From positions 94,160 to 122,432 of IMG/VR virus record IMGVR_UViG_3300050821_010409: 28,273 bases of DNA. One strand, given 5' to 3'. Each line of letters begins with the position of its first letter. Position 1 is the stretch's first letter. The notes under the pieces were generated by a model that did not search any database, was not told the origin of the DNA, and worked only from the letters and a program-made list of their open reading frames with translations. Positions 1-7,076 of this stretch are shown piece after piece. The stretch comes from a virus. Its lineage: Duplodnaviria > Heunggongvirae > Uroviricota > Caudoviricetes. The translations under genes were made by a program, and so were the position numbers.

Positions 1-267
1 CAGGCCGCATTGCTCGCGGGTGGTTGCGGGTGAAGTGCTGGGTCGCGTCCCGGACGCACATGCCCCAAGAGCCGTACCTGCGATGGCTGGAGGAGGATTT
101 CTGTCCCGCTGTAGCAGAGCAATTGCGGGTACTTTCGCACGGTGCTGACCTCGACGGCGACGTGATGACGGCCGTGGCTGGTGATGGTGATGCCAGCTGA
201 CTTCTATCTGGCCCTGCGCGACGGCGAATTGCCACCGCTTTCGCCAGTGGCTGAAGGGCGTTGTCAT
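1..267 (-). CDS. hypothetical protein, runs off window edge (partial)
   Basis: ATG at 267 after purine-rich RBS (GAAAAAGAGAAAACCC); frame open to base 1, but the distal half looks less protein-like than an alternative frame. Confidence 0.4.
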   Translation of the reverse strand, partial: MTTPFSHWRKRWQFAVAQGQIEVSWHHHHQPRPSSRRRRGQHRAKVPAIALLQRDRNPPPAIAGTALGACASGTRPSTSPATTREQCGL

Positions 268-288
268 GGGTTTTCTCTTTTTCTCTTC

Positions 289-651
289 CTAGGGCGCGAG
301 CAGCAGGAGCAGGAGGACGGCGAGGAAGCAGGCCGCGATGATGACCACCAGGTGGGTGCCGTTCCAGCTGCTTGCCTCTGGGCGCGGTTCCGGTTCCCAC
401 TGGCGGATGCTGGTCGGCAGGTCGTGTATCAGCACCCAGAGGTGGTCTTCTGTCCGGGCGGCCAGCGCCTTAGCGGCCCGGTGCTCGTGCTCGGCCAGGC
501 TGAGGAAGCCTTCCGCGTGCGCGAGTGCCAGGAAGCTTGTCACGGCGTCCCGCTGGCGGTCGCCTACTCGCGCTGGCGCGTACCTGGCAACTGCCAGGAG
601 GTTCCTGCGGGCATATTCAAAGTGCGGCCTGCGCCGGCTGGCATAAGGCAT
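289..651 (-). CDS. DUF1707 (SHOCT-like) domain membrane protein
   Basis: RVGDRQRDAVTSFLALAHAEGFLSLAEHEHRAAKALAARTEDHLWVLIHDLP matches my recollection of the actinobacterial DUF1707 pattern (R.sD.dR....L..A..eG.L...E...R...a.aArT...L..l..DLP); C-terminal hydrophobic helix; RBS. Confidence 0.75.
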   Translation of the reverse strand: MPYASRRRPHFEYARRNLLAVARYAPARVGDRQRDAVTSFLALAHAEGFLSLAEHEHRAAKALAARTEDHLWVLIHDLPTSIRQWEPEPRPEASSWNGTHLVVIIAACFLAVLLLLLLAP

Positions 652-681
652 GATTGCGCTCTCTTTCTCTTTCAGGTGCAG

Positions 682-915
682 TTACCTGACAGGCCCGGAC
701 AGGAACCACCAGCCGAGGAGCCCGAGGGGGATGATGGTCATGATCGTGAGGTACCACATGACGAAAGGCTTCCAGTTCTGCGGTTCCCTGGCCGGGTAGG
801 CGATGGCGAGGAACGCGCGAAGTTCTTGCAGTGCCCTTTCCCTGTCTTCGTCCGCCTGCGCGTTTTCTTCTGCGCGTGCTCCTGGGGTGGCATTTTCGTC
901 GTTTTCGCTCGTCAT
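682..915 (-). CDS. small membrane protein
   Basis: 77 aa, C-terminal hydrophobic segment, purine-rich RBS. Confidence 0.7.
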   Translation of the reverse strand: MTSENDENATPGARAEENAQADEDRERALQELRAFLAIAYPAREPQNWKPFVMWYLTIMTIIPLGLLGWWFLSGPVR

Positions 916-938
916 GCTAATCTATTCCCCTTCTCTTT

Positions 939-1109
939 CTAGTCGTTCATCCCGGCGGCCTCGCGCAGCAGGCGTTGCCAGGCCGCGTTGTCAGTGATCG
1001 TGATGCCAGACGGCAGCGTCACGTTCGCGCCTGATGACCCTTGGGCCATCCGCAGGAAGCGCAGGTCATTGGCGCTCAGGTTCCAGGCGTGCAGCTCATT
1101 CAGGTTCAC
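939..1109 (-). CDS. hypothetical protein (56 aa, not in ORF track)
   Basis: GTG at 1109 after GAGGAAAAGGGAG RBS and repeat A1; MNLNELHAWNL...AGMND, TAG at 939-941. Confidence 0.65.
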   Translation of the reverse strand: MNLNELHAWNLSANDLRFLRMAQGSSGANVTLPSGITITDNAAWQRLLREAAGMND

Positions 1110-1139
1110 GGGCCTTCTCCCTTTTCCTCTTTCTTTTTC

Positions 1140-1200
1140 CAGGCTGAGTGCCTGCGGCCACGGGCGGAAGGTAATTCCCGCGCGTGACCGCCAGTGCTCA
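1140..1200 (-). repeat. structured intergenic repeat family A, copy 1
   Basis: plus strand CAGGCTGAGTGCCTGCGGCCACG...CGTGACCGCCAGTGCTCA; contains the TGA stop of the upstream gene. Confidence 0.9.
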
Positions 1201-1686
1201 GCGCCCCTTTTCCAGCTCCGCGAGCAGTGCCTGGATCAGAGTGGTCATCCGGTAGTCGTAGGCCGAGCCCGTGCCGTCATTGAGGTCGCAGTCCTCGTAG
1301 TAACGGTTAGCGACCTGTTCCCAGGCGGCCATGACCTGCTGGCGCGTCCAGGCTTCCGATAGCGGGGCTTGCGCGCCTGCGAGGGCTTCAGATAGCTGGG
1401 CTTGCGCGCCTGTGAGGGCTTCCTGGACGGAGTTGATGCCCGTTACCTGGAAGACGGAGGGCGTTTCCGGGGCATCATCCCGGATGACGGTGACGGTGTA
1501 GGCGTCAAGGCCACCGAGGAGGAAGCGCGCGGCAACCCGCATGAGCGGCGTCATGGATGCCCAGGACGGGAGCTTCCCGCCTGCCTGGATGGTGGCGATG
1601 ACCTGTTCTACCAGGGCGCGCTCGCGCGGGTCACCGATTTTCGCGGGCAGGGCTAGCGCCTCTGCCGGGTTCGGCTTCATCGCCAT
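1198..1686 (-). CDS. hypothetical protein with 11-aa tandem repeat
   Basis: 162 aa ORF with RBS AAAGGAAGTGAGG; 33-bp tandem duplication at 1351-1416. Confidence 0.75.
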   Translation of the reverse strand: MAMKPNPAEALALPAKIGDPRERALVEQVIATIQAGGKLPSWASMTPLMRVAARFLLGGLDAYTVTVIRDDAPETPSVFQVTGINSVQEALTGAQAQLSEALAGAQAPLSEAWTRQQVMAAWEQVANRYYEDCDLNDGTGSAYDYRMTTLIQALLAELEKGR

Positions 1687-1689
1687 TCC

Positions 1690-1884
1690 TCACTTCCTTT
1701 CCGCGGCGTCCATGGCCGCGCGGACAGCCGGGAAAAGGCCCGGCGGGATGAAGACTTCCAGGTCCTGGTCACTGCCAGGGCAGCTGATGAGAACGGAATT
1801 GTCCTCGCGGCTGACCTCGACGTCCTCGGTGTTCCCGTCGTCATCGCCGAGCCAGATGGTGAGCCGCTTGCCGTAGCTGGTCAT
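1690..1884 (-). CDS. hypothetical protein
   Basis: 64 aa acidic ORF; start overlaps upstream stop (ATGA). Confidence 0.7.
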   Translation of the reverse strand: MTSYGKRLTIWLGDDDGNTEDVEVSREDNSVLISCPGSDQDLEVFIPPGLFPAVRAAMDAAERK

Positions 1885-2198
1885 GGCGCGAAGTGCCTCC
1901 TGTCCTCGTGCGGGCAGGCCACCAGCCGGAGGTCATCGGCGATGGCGAGCACGTTGATGCCGCGCGGGTAGTGCGGGAAGTGCACGCCCACGGCACCCGG
2001 GCGGCGCGGGCCTGCGTCCACGACGGTCCCGGCCTTCCCGGAGAACTTGCCGTTCGGGTGCCCCCGGCGGACGTAGCGGACGGTGTCGCCTTCATGGACT
2101 TCCCATTGGGCATCGGCGTAGATCCTCATGGCGCGATCCCCGTGTCCCAGGAATAGGTTTCCGGCCCGTCTGCGCCTGCCTGGTAGCGGGCGACTCAC
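1881..2198 (-). CDS. hypothetical protein, possibly SH3/KOW-like beta barrel
   Basis: VHEGDTVRY...GKAGTVV...VGVHF pattern; alternative start ATG 2129. Confidence 0.6.
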   Translation of the reverse strand: MSRPLPGRRRRAGNLFLGHGDRAMRIYADAQWEVHEGDTVRYVRRGHPNGKFSGKAGTVVDAGPRRPGAVGVHFPHYPRGINVLAIADDLRLVACPHEDRRHFAP

Positions 2199-2542
2199 GC
2201 GCCGTAGCCGTCTCCGGTCAGGGCCCGGACGGCCTGGTCAATGACCCAGGCCTTGTGGTGCGCGCCGTCATCCTGGCCGTATTCACTGATGAGGCCGAGG
2301 GCGAGCTGGACGCGCTCGGCATCCGTCTCGCCGAGGTGCCGGGCGTAGATGGCCCACGTGCGCACGCCCCCGGTTTGCGCAGGGTTCAGCAGCCAGCCGT
2401 CCTCGTGCGGGACGGGCTGCCAGGCCGGGCTGTCCGGGTGCCCGCTGACGTAGGCGGCCAGGGCGACGGACGGGTGCGAGCTGACGATGACGGCAGCCGC
2501 GTCCGGGTGCTCCCAGTGGTACAGGTCATAGGTGACCTTCAT
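2195..2542 (-). CDS. hypothetical protein
   Basis: start moved to ATG 2542 (MKVTYDLY), which overlaps the upstream stop. Confidence 0.7.
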   Translation of the reverse strand: MKVTYDLYHWEHPDAAAVIVSSHPSVALAAYVSGHPDSPAWQPVPHEDGWLLNPAQTGGVRTWAIYARHLGETDAERVQLALGLISEYGQDDGAHHKAWVIDQAVRALTGDGYGA

Positions 2543-3099
2543 GGCAGCCACCCCAGCACCCTGGTGGTGACCAGTTCGTTCCACCGCGGGCTGCCCTTGT
2601 CCGGCAGTCCTTCGCCCTCGTCCAGGTCACTGTCGTCCACTTCGACGTCGGTGTACTGGGCGGCGATGACCTCGTTCACGTCAGCACCCGGGTGGTCCAG
2701 CAGGTAGAGCGCGGCGTTGACGACCAGGTTGACGACGTCGTCTTGCGCGATGGTGTCCTCGTTCTCGTACTCGTGGTCGGGCAGCAGGTCAGCTCCGCCG
2801 TTCACGGCTGCGGAAACCTGGTCGCGGGTGTAGTGCCCGGGGCCACTGGGGCTGACGTCCACGACCGCGTAGCCGGCAGCGTCCAGCTGGAGGGTGATGA
2901 AGCCGGCCGCCTCCTGTACCGTCATTTCAGCCCGGTCGTCTTCCAGGAGCGCGTGCGCTATGACGTCTTCCGGGTTACGGGGCAGCGTGCTCTCATTCGC
3001 CTCCCGGGCGCGTTCCGCGAGCTCGTGAAGATAACCTTTCCATTGATCGCGCGTGCCGTCCGGGTGCGCGCGCTGCCATTGGGTGAATTCCATGGCCAT
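2539..3099 (-). CDS. acidic hypothetical protein
   Basis: 186 aa, RBS GAGGAG, GC3-biased codons. Confidence 0.8.
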   Translation of the reverse strand: MAMEFTQWQRAHPDGTRDQWKGYLHELAERAREANESTLPRNPEDVIAHALLEDDRAEMTVQEAAGFITLQLDAAGYAVVDVSPSGPGHYTRDQVSAAVNGGADLLPDHEYENEDTIAQDDVVNLVVNAALYLLDHPGADVNEVIAAQYTDVEVDDSDLDEGEGLPDKGSPRWNELVTTRVLGWLP

Positions 3100-3105
3100 T
3101 GCCTT

Positions 3106-3264
3106 TTACTCCTCTTCTGCCGTGAAGTCCGACCAGGCCTTGTCCCAGCCGGCCAGGTCTGTGTTCTCGACGGCCCGGATGGCGTCTTCTGCGTCCTGGT
3201 CATCGCGCACGGTGACCCTTTCGCTGTACTCGCAGTTGACCCGGACGATGAATTCCCTGCTCAC
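3106..3264 (-). CDS. hypothetical protein (52 aa, not in ORF track)
   Basis: GTG at 3264 after GAAAGGAAAAG RBS; MSREFIVRVNCEY...FTAEEE, TAA at 3106-3108. Confidence 0.7.
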   Translation of the reverse strand: MSREFIVRVNCEYSERVTVRDDQDAEDAIRAVENTDLAGWDKAWSDFTAEEE

Positions 3265-3301
3265 GGTTCTTTTCCTTTCACGTGTTGCCGGAATGCGGCC
3301 C

Positions 3302-3577
3302 TTATGCTGTTGCGATCACGATGAGGACCGCGAGCACGGCCAGGATGACGAGCGCCATGATGAGGACGCCCTTAGGGGGCTGCTGCGCTGCAGGCTGGCC
3401 GTTTCCGGAGCGCTGCTGAAGCTGCCGGGTCCGCGCGTTGTAGCTGGCGTGGCTGGCTGCCTCGGCGGCGGTGACGATGCCGCTCAGGCCACCGGTGACA
3501 GCGAAGGCAGCGGCGTGCGCGGCCTTATGGCGGATCTTCTTGTCCTTGCGGGTGATGACGACGGGTGGCGTGCTCAT
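3302..3577 (-). CDS. small membrane protein
   Basis: 91 aa, C-terminal hydrophobic helix, RBS AAGGAAAGAG downstream of repeat A2. Confidence 0.75.
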   Translation of the reverse strand: MSTPPVVITRKDKKIRHKAAHAAAFAVTGGLSGIVTAAEAASHASYNARTRQLQQRSGNGQPAAQQPPKGVLIMALVILAVLAVLIVIATA

Positions 3578-3605
3578 GGGGTGCTTGCTCTTTCCTTTTT
3601 TCGTT

Positions 3606-3662
3606 CAGGCTGAGTGCCTGCGGCCACGAACGGGAATGCCCGCTCGTGACCGCCAGTGCTCA
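3606..3662 (-). repeat. family A repeat, copy 2
   Basis: CAGGCTGAGTGCCTGCGGCCACGAACGGG...CCCGCTCGTGACCGCCAGTGCTCA. Confidence 0.9.
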
Positions 3663-3676
3663 GCAGGGCGCACTGG

Positions 3677-3889
3677 CTAGTCCTCTTTTTCAGGCAGCGG
3701 TGATACCGCGTCCAGGCCGTGCAGGCCGATGTCCTCCAGCTGCCACGACCCTGATGGACCCAGGTTCTCGTCAATGCAGTCCCGCAGCACGGTGATGACC
3801 TCCGTGCCCTTTGTCCCGGCAGGGACGGACACCATGCCGCAGAACTCCACGAGCAGCCGGCTTCTGGTGGCCAGGGGCTTGCCGTTCAT
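3677..3889 (-). CDS. hypothetical protein
   Basis: 70 aa; start overlaps upstream stop. Confidence 0.7.
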   Translation of the reverse strand: MNGKPLATRSRLLVEFCGMVSVPAGTKGTEVITVLRDCIDENLGPSGSWQLEDIGLHGLDAVSPLPEKED

Positions 3890-4608
3890 GAGGCCCTCCC
3901 CTTCATCATGAGCCGGATGGCGAGTGCGGTCAGGATCAGCCCGGGGAACAAGGTGAGCACGGTGAAGACAGTGATGGGTGCCGTGAAGAGGAGATGAGCG
4001 GACAGCCCGGTGAGCAGCACCCCTGCCGGGAGCAGGTTGCCGCCGACGGCGCGTGGTCCCGCATCGCGCCGCGGGGCGGCCGGAGGGCGTGGCTGCACGT
4101 CCTTGCGCAGGGGTGGTGAGCTCAGGGTGACGTAGCTGGCCAGCTCGTCCAGGTCAGCAGCCGCGCCGGTTTCCGTGAACTGGACGCGGGCAGCTAGCCA
4201 TTCCTTGTGCCATTTGGGTGACTGCGCGCCGAGCTTCGTGGCGAAGGCGCTGTCGTCATCGGGCACGGCTGCGATCAGGGCGCGCTCCCGGACGCGCAAG
4301 GCACGCTGGTGATCGTCATGGTCTGGCTTGCGGGCAGCTGCTTCCCGGGCCCGCGCGTGCTCTTCTAGAGCCTGCGCCCTCTCCCGGGCGAGCGCGCGCC
4401 CCTTCTCCTTGTTCGCCAGCTTCACGCAGGCCGCGCAGCCGCAGGGCGAGCCGTGATGCGCTGGCGCGCTGGCGGCCACTTCCCGTGCGCGGGCCCTTTC
4501 CTTGTTTACCTTCTCCTTGCTCGCCAGCATGACGCAGGCTGCGCAGCCGCTGCTGTACAGGTGCTGGGGGTCATACGGGCTGTGCTCGTGGTAGAACAGG
4601 AATTCCAT
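3886..4608 (-). CDS. membrane-anchored protein with duplicated GCAAC (CxxC) helical module
   Basis: start at ATG 4608 after AGAAAGGAGG; two GCAACV.LA.KEK repeats; two C-terminal hydrophobic segments. Confidence 0.75.
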   Translation of the reverse strand: MEFLFYHEHSPYDPQHLYSSGCAACVMLASKEKVNKERARAREVAASAPAHHGSPCGCAACVKLANKEKGRALARERAQALEEHARAREAAARKPDHDDHQRALRVRERALIAAVPDDDSAFATKLGAQSPKWHKEWLAARVQFTETGAAADLDELASYVTLSSPPLRKDVQPRPPAAPRRDAGPRAVGGNLLPAGVLLTGLSAHLLFTAPITVFTVLTLFPGLILTALAIRLMMKGRAS

Positions 4609-4627
4609 GGCCGTTCCTCCTTTCTCT

Positions 4628-4810
4628 TCATTCACCGTGCGGATGGTGCAAGATGGCCACGATCGCCAGCGCCTGCCAGCGGTGCAGCCCGGTGATCGCT
4701 GGCACCAGCCCGCGGTCACCGGTCAGCTCGCTGACGGCGTAGGAGCCGTCTCCGGTGGCGTTGCCATGCACGCGCCATTCACGCGCGCCTGGTGCCGGGT
4801 CCCTGGTCAC
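4628..4810 (-). CDS. hypothetical protein (60 aa)
   Basis: distal part of track ORF 4628..4999; GTG at 4810 overlaps upstream stop (GTGA). Confidence 0.55.
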   Translation of the reverse strand: MTRDPAPGAREWRVHGNATGDGSYAVSELTGDRGLVPAITGLHRWQALAIVAILHHPHGE

Positions 4811-5022
4811 GATGGCTCCCGGTCCGGGTCGCAGGCTTGGCTCAGCAGGGTCAGCGCCAGGTCTGGCCGGGTTGCCAGCAGCAGGGACAGCGCCGTGCGG
4901 AGCTGGTGCTCGCTGGCGGTGTCCAGCAGTAGCTGCGCGCGGTCCTTCGCGTGCCGGAAGGACGTCCCTTTTTCCGGTGACTTCTGGCCTTTCGGCCACG
5001 CGTGCGGGGGCAGTGCGCTCAT
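4807..5022 (-). CDS. hypothetical protein (71 aa)
   Basis: ATG 5022 after GAGAAAGGA RBS. Confidence 0.7.
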   Translation of the reverse strand: MSALPPHAWPKGQKSPEKGTSFRHAKDRAQLLLDTASEHQLRTALSLLLATRPDLALTLLSQACDPDREPS

Positions 5023-5180
5023 GACGGTTCCTTTCTCCCGTGACCGGTGATCCGGTAACAGTGGCAGCACAGCGCAGGGAGCTGGCCGCCGTCGTACTTG
5101 CGGATGCGCGCGCTGGGCCGGCAGTGCCACTGCAGGCGGCACGTGGTGGCCGCGCGCAGGCGGTGCCACAGTTCCGTCAT
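5019..5180 (-). CDS. small Cys/His-rich protein (53 aa, not in ORF track)
   Basis: MTELWHRLRAATTCRLQWHCRP...LCCHCYRITGHGRKEPS; overlaps both neighbours by 4 nt. Confidence 0.6.
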   Translation of the reverse strand: MTELWHRLRAATTCRLQWHCRPSARIRKYDGGQLPALCCHCYRITGHGRKEPS

Positions 5181-6334
5181 GACGGTTCTTTCCTTTCAGT
5201 CTCTCCCAGTATTACAGCAAGCTCCGCCTTGATGGCGCGTGCCTGCGGGGAATCCCAGCATGCGGTGGCCTCCAGGAACTGGCGGGCGGCACTGGCTGCT
5301 CCCGGGTCCGTGATCCGGCTCACGAGCATCAGCTTCTCCGCGAACGGCGCGGCTCCTGCTGGCGGCGCAGGCTGCGCGCGGATGATGTCGCCGGCGATGA
5401 CGAACAACGACCGGGGTGATGACGCGGCTTCTTCCTCCTTTTCTTTTTCCGGCACGGGCACGGGCGTGATGCCTGGCTCGCGCAGCCGCAACCGCGCCGA
5501 CCTGCTGCCGGGCAGCACGGCGTCCTGGGTCAGGAGCACGGCGTGCACGCCCGCTCCGGTTCCGGTGATCGAGAACCTGACGGGTGCCGCTGCCGCACGG
5601 TTGGTTTTCCAGGACGTCATCCGCCGTTCGCTCTCGCTGGCGGCCCCGAGCACGTACACGATGCGCAGGGCATCGGTCAGTGACTTGTTGCCGGCGATCT
5701 CGCCAGATTTCACAGTGTGGTGACTGATGATCATCGCCACCCCGGTCTCCCGGGTTACCGCCTGCAGTCCGTCAATGACGGTCCTGGCGGCGCGCGCGGA
5801 GCTGAGCGTGCTGCTGCACATCGCCAGCAGCGGGTCCAGGATCACCAGTCCCGCGGGCGGCCCGGCAGCATTCACCTCCGTGATGGCCCGCTTCAGCTCC
5901 GGGATGTTGTCCGGCAGCAGGAACGATGAGCCGTCCGGCAGCAGGGTCAGGTCGTGCACCAGGGACAGGTCCGCGCCCGCGGCCGCCAGCCGGAAGGCCA
6001 GGTCTTCATTAGCGTCATCCTCTGGCGCGATAATGATCACCGACTGCGGCTCGCGGCCAGCGGCCTCACCCGGGAACGGCTGCCCGCGGGTGGTGATCCC
6101 GGTGATCGCTGCCAGCAGCAGGCCCTTGCCTGTTCCTCCTGGCGCCGCGATCATCACCGGCGTGCGGTAGGGGATGACTCCCGGCCACAGGTAGCGAGCC
6201 GGGAGCGCGGGGATCTCGCTGAACGGGACGGCGAGCTGCCCGTCATCCCAGTGGGGGCTGGCTGCCTCCGGTGCCGTGGCATCGCCGCTGATCACGGTGA
6301 ACGGCGGGAAGCCCGGCACGTCCGGGATGCTCAT
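5177..6334 (-). CDS. AAA_25/RepA-like P-loop ATPase with extra C-terminal domain
   Basis: YLWPGVIP..TPVMIAAPGGTGKG (Walker A), LVILDP (Walker B), ISHHTVK; start moved to ATG 6334, coupled to upstream stop. Confidence 0.8.
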   Translation of the reverse strand: MSIPDVPGFPPFTVISGDATAPEAASPHWDDGQLAVPFSEIPALPARYLWPGVIPYRTPVMIAAPGGTGKGLLLAAITGITTRGQPFPGEAAGREPQSVIIIAPEDDANEDLAFRLAAAGADLSLVHDLTLLPDGSSFLLPDNIPELKRAITEVNAAGPPAGLVILDPLLAMCSSTLSSARAARTVIDGLQAVTRETGVAMIISHHTVKSGEIAGNKSLTDALRIVYVLGAASESERRMTSWKTNRAAAAPVRFSITGTGAGVHAVLLTQDAVLPGSRSARLRLREPGITPVPVPEKEKEEEAASSPRSLFVIAGDIIRAQPAPPAGAAPFAEKLMLVSRITDPGAASAARQFLEATACWDSPQARAIKAELAVILGETERKEPS

Positions 6335-6600
6335 GACGGCCGTGCTTCCTGCTGCGCCTCCTGCAGGGCCAGGGCCAGCTCGGCCTTGACGGCCCGCGCT
6401 CTTCGTCCCTTCTTGTGCTGCCCCTTCCAGCCCGCGGCGTAGCGCAGGAAAGCCGTGACGGCAGCCCTGCTGGCCGGGTCCGCTGGCCAGTCCGCGCAGG
6501 TCGTGGCCAGCATGCGGTCCACGAACGGCACCGCGCGCGGGTCCGGGTAGGGCCACCACTGGATGATCTCGCTGGCGATCACGCGAAGCGGGCGCGTCAT
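6331..6600 (-). CDS. phage-type hypothetical protein
   Basis: RPL..IA.EI...W....AVP....M...FL..A.GW.G...R.VKAEL pattern, which I recall from small phage proteins. Confidence 0.75.
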   Translation of the reverse strand: MTRPLRVIASEIIQWWPYPDPRAVPFVDRMLATTCADWPADPASRAAVTAFLRYAAGWKGQHKKGRRARAVKAELALALQEAQQEARPS

Positions 6601-6977
6601 CGCCCGGCTGCCCTTTCCTCCATCCGGGTCAGCAGCGTGGCCAGGAAGTCCGGGCTGATGTCCCAGGTGCGGGTCATGCGGTGCAGCTCCGGGTCACCGA
6701 ACAGCTGGCCGGACATGACGTACGCCACGATCGTCATGCCTGCCTCGCCAGCCTCGTCAATGACCTTGTCGGCCAGTTCCCGGTCCCGGATCACGGCATC
6801 GATGTCCTGCTTCCGGTCACGCTCGGCGCGCAGGACCTTGATGATGTACTCCGGCGTGGAGATGCCCTCGTGCCTGGCGTACATGAAAGCCGACATCAGC
6901 TCTATGCTCGTGCCAGCGTTCCGTGCCCGGTCAGCGGCCTCCAGGTCCTCGTACGTGAACTTCTCATCGTCATGCAT
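6597..6977 (-). CDS. hypothetical protein
   Basis: 126 aa, RBS AAAGGAAG downstream of repeat A3. Confidence 0.8.
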   Translation of the reverse strand: MHDDEKFTYEDLEAADRARNAGTSIELMSAFMYARHEGISTPEYIIKVLRAERDRKQDIDAVIRDRELADKVIDEAGEAGMTIVAYVMSGQLFGDPELHRMTRTWDISPDFLATLLTRMEERAAGR

Positions 6978-7010
6978 GGCGGTCTTCCTTTTCGTGGTGC
7001 CGTGTCATTC

Positions 7011-7067
7011 CAGGCTGGGCGCCTGCGGCCACGAACGGGAGTGCCCGCTCGTGACCGCCAGTGCCCA
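7011..7067 (-). repeat. family A repeat, copy 3
   Basis: CAGGCTGGGCGCCTGCGGCCACGAACGGG...GTGACCGCCAGTGCCCA. Confidence 0.9.
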
Positions 7068-7076
7068 GGAGGCGGG

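Noticed and set aside
1-210. Programmed frameshift in the leftmost ORF
   Set aside because: An alternative frame looks more protein-like after about position 200, but there is no slippery site and the gene is cut by the window edge; a sequence error or chance is equally likely.
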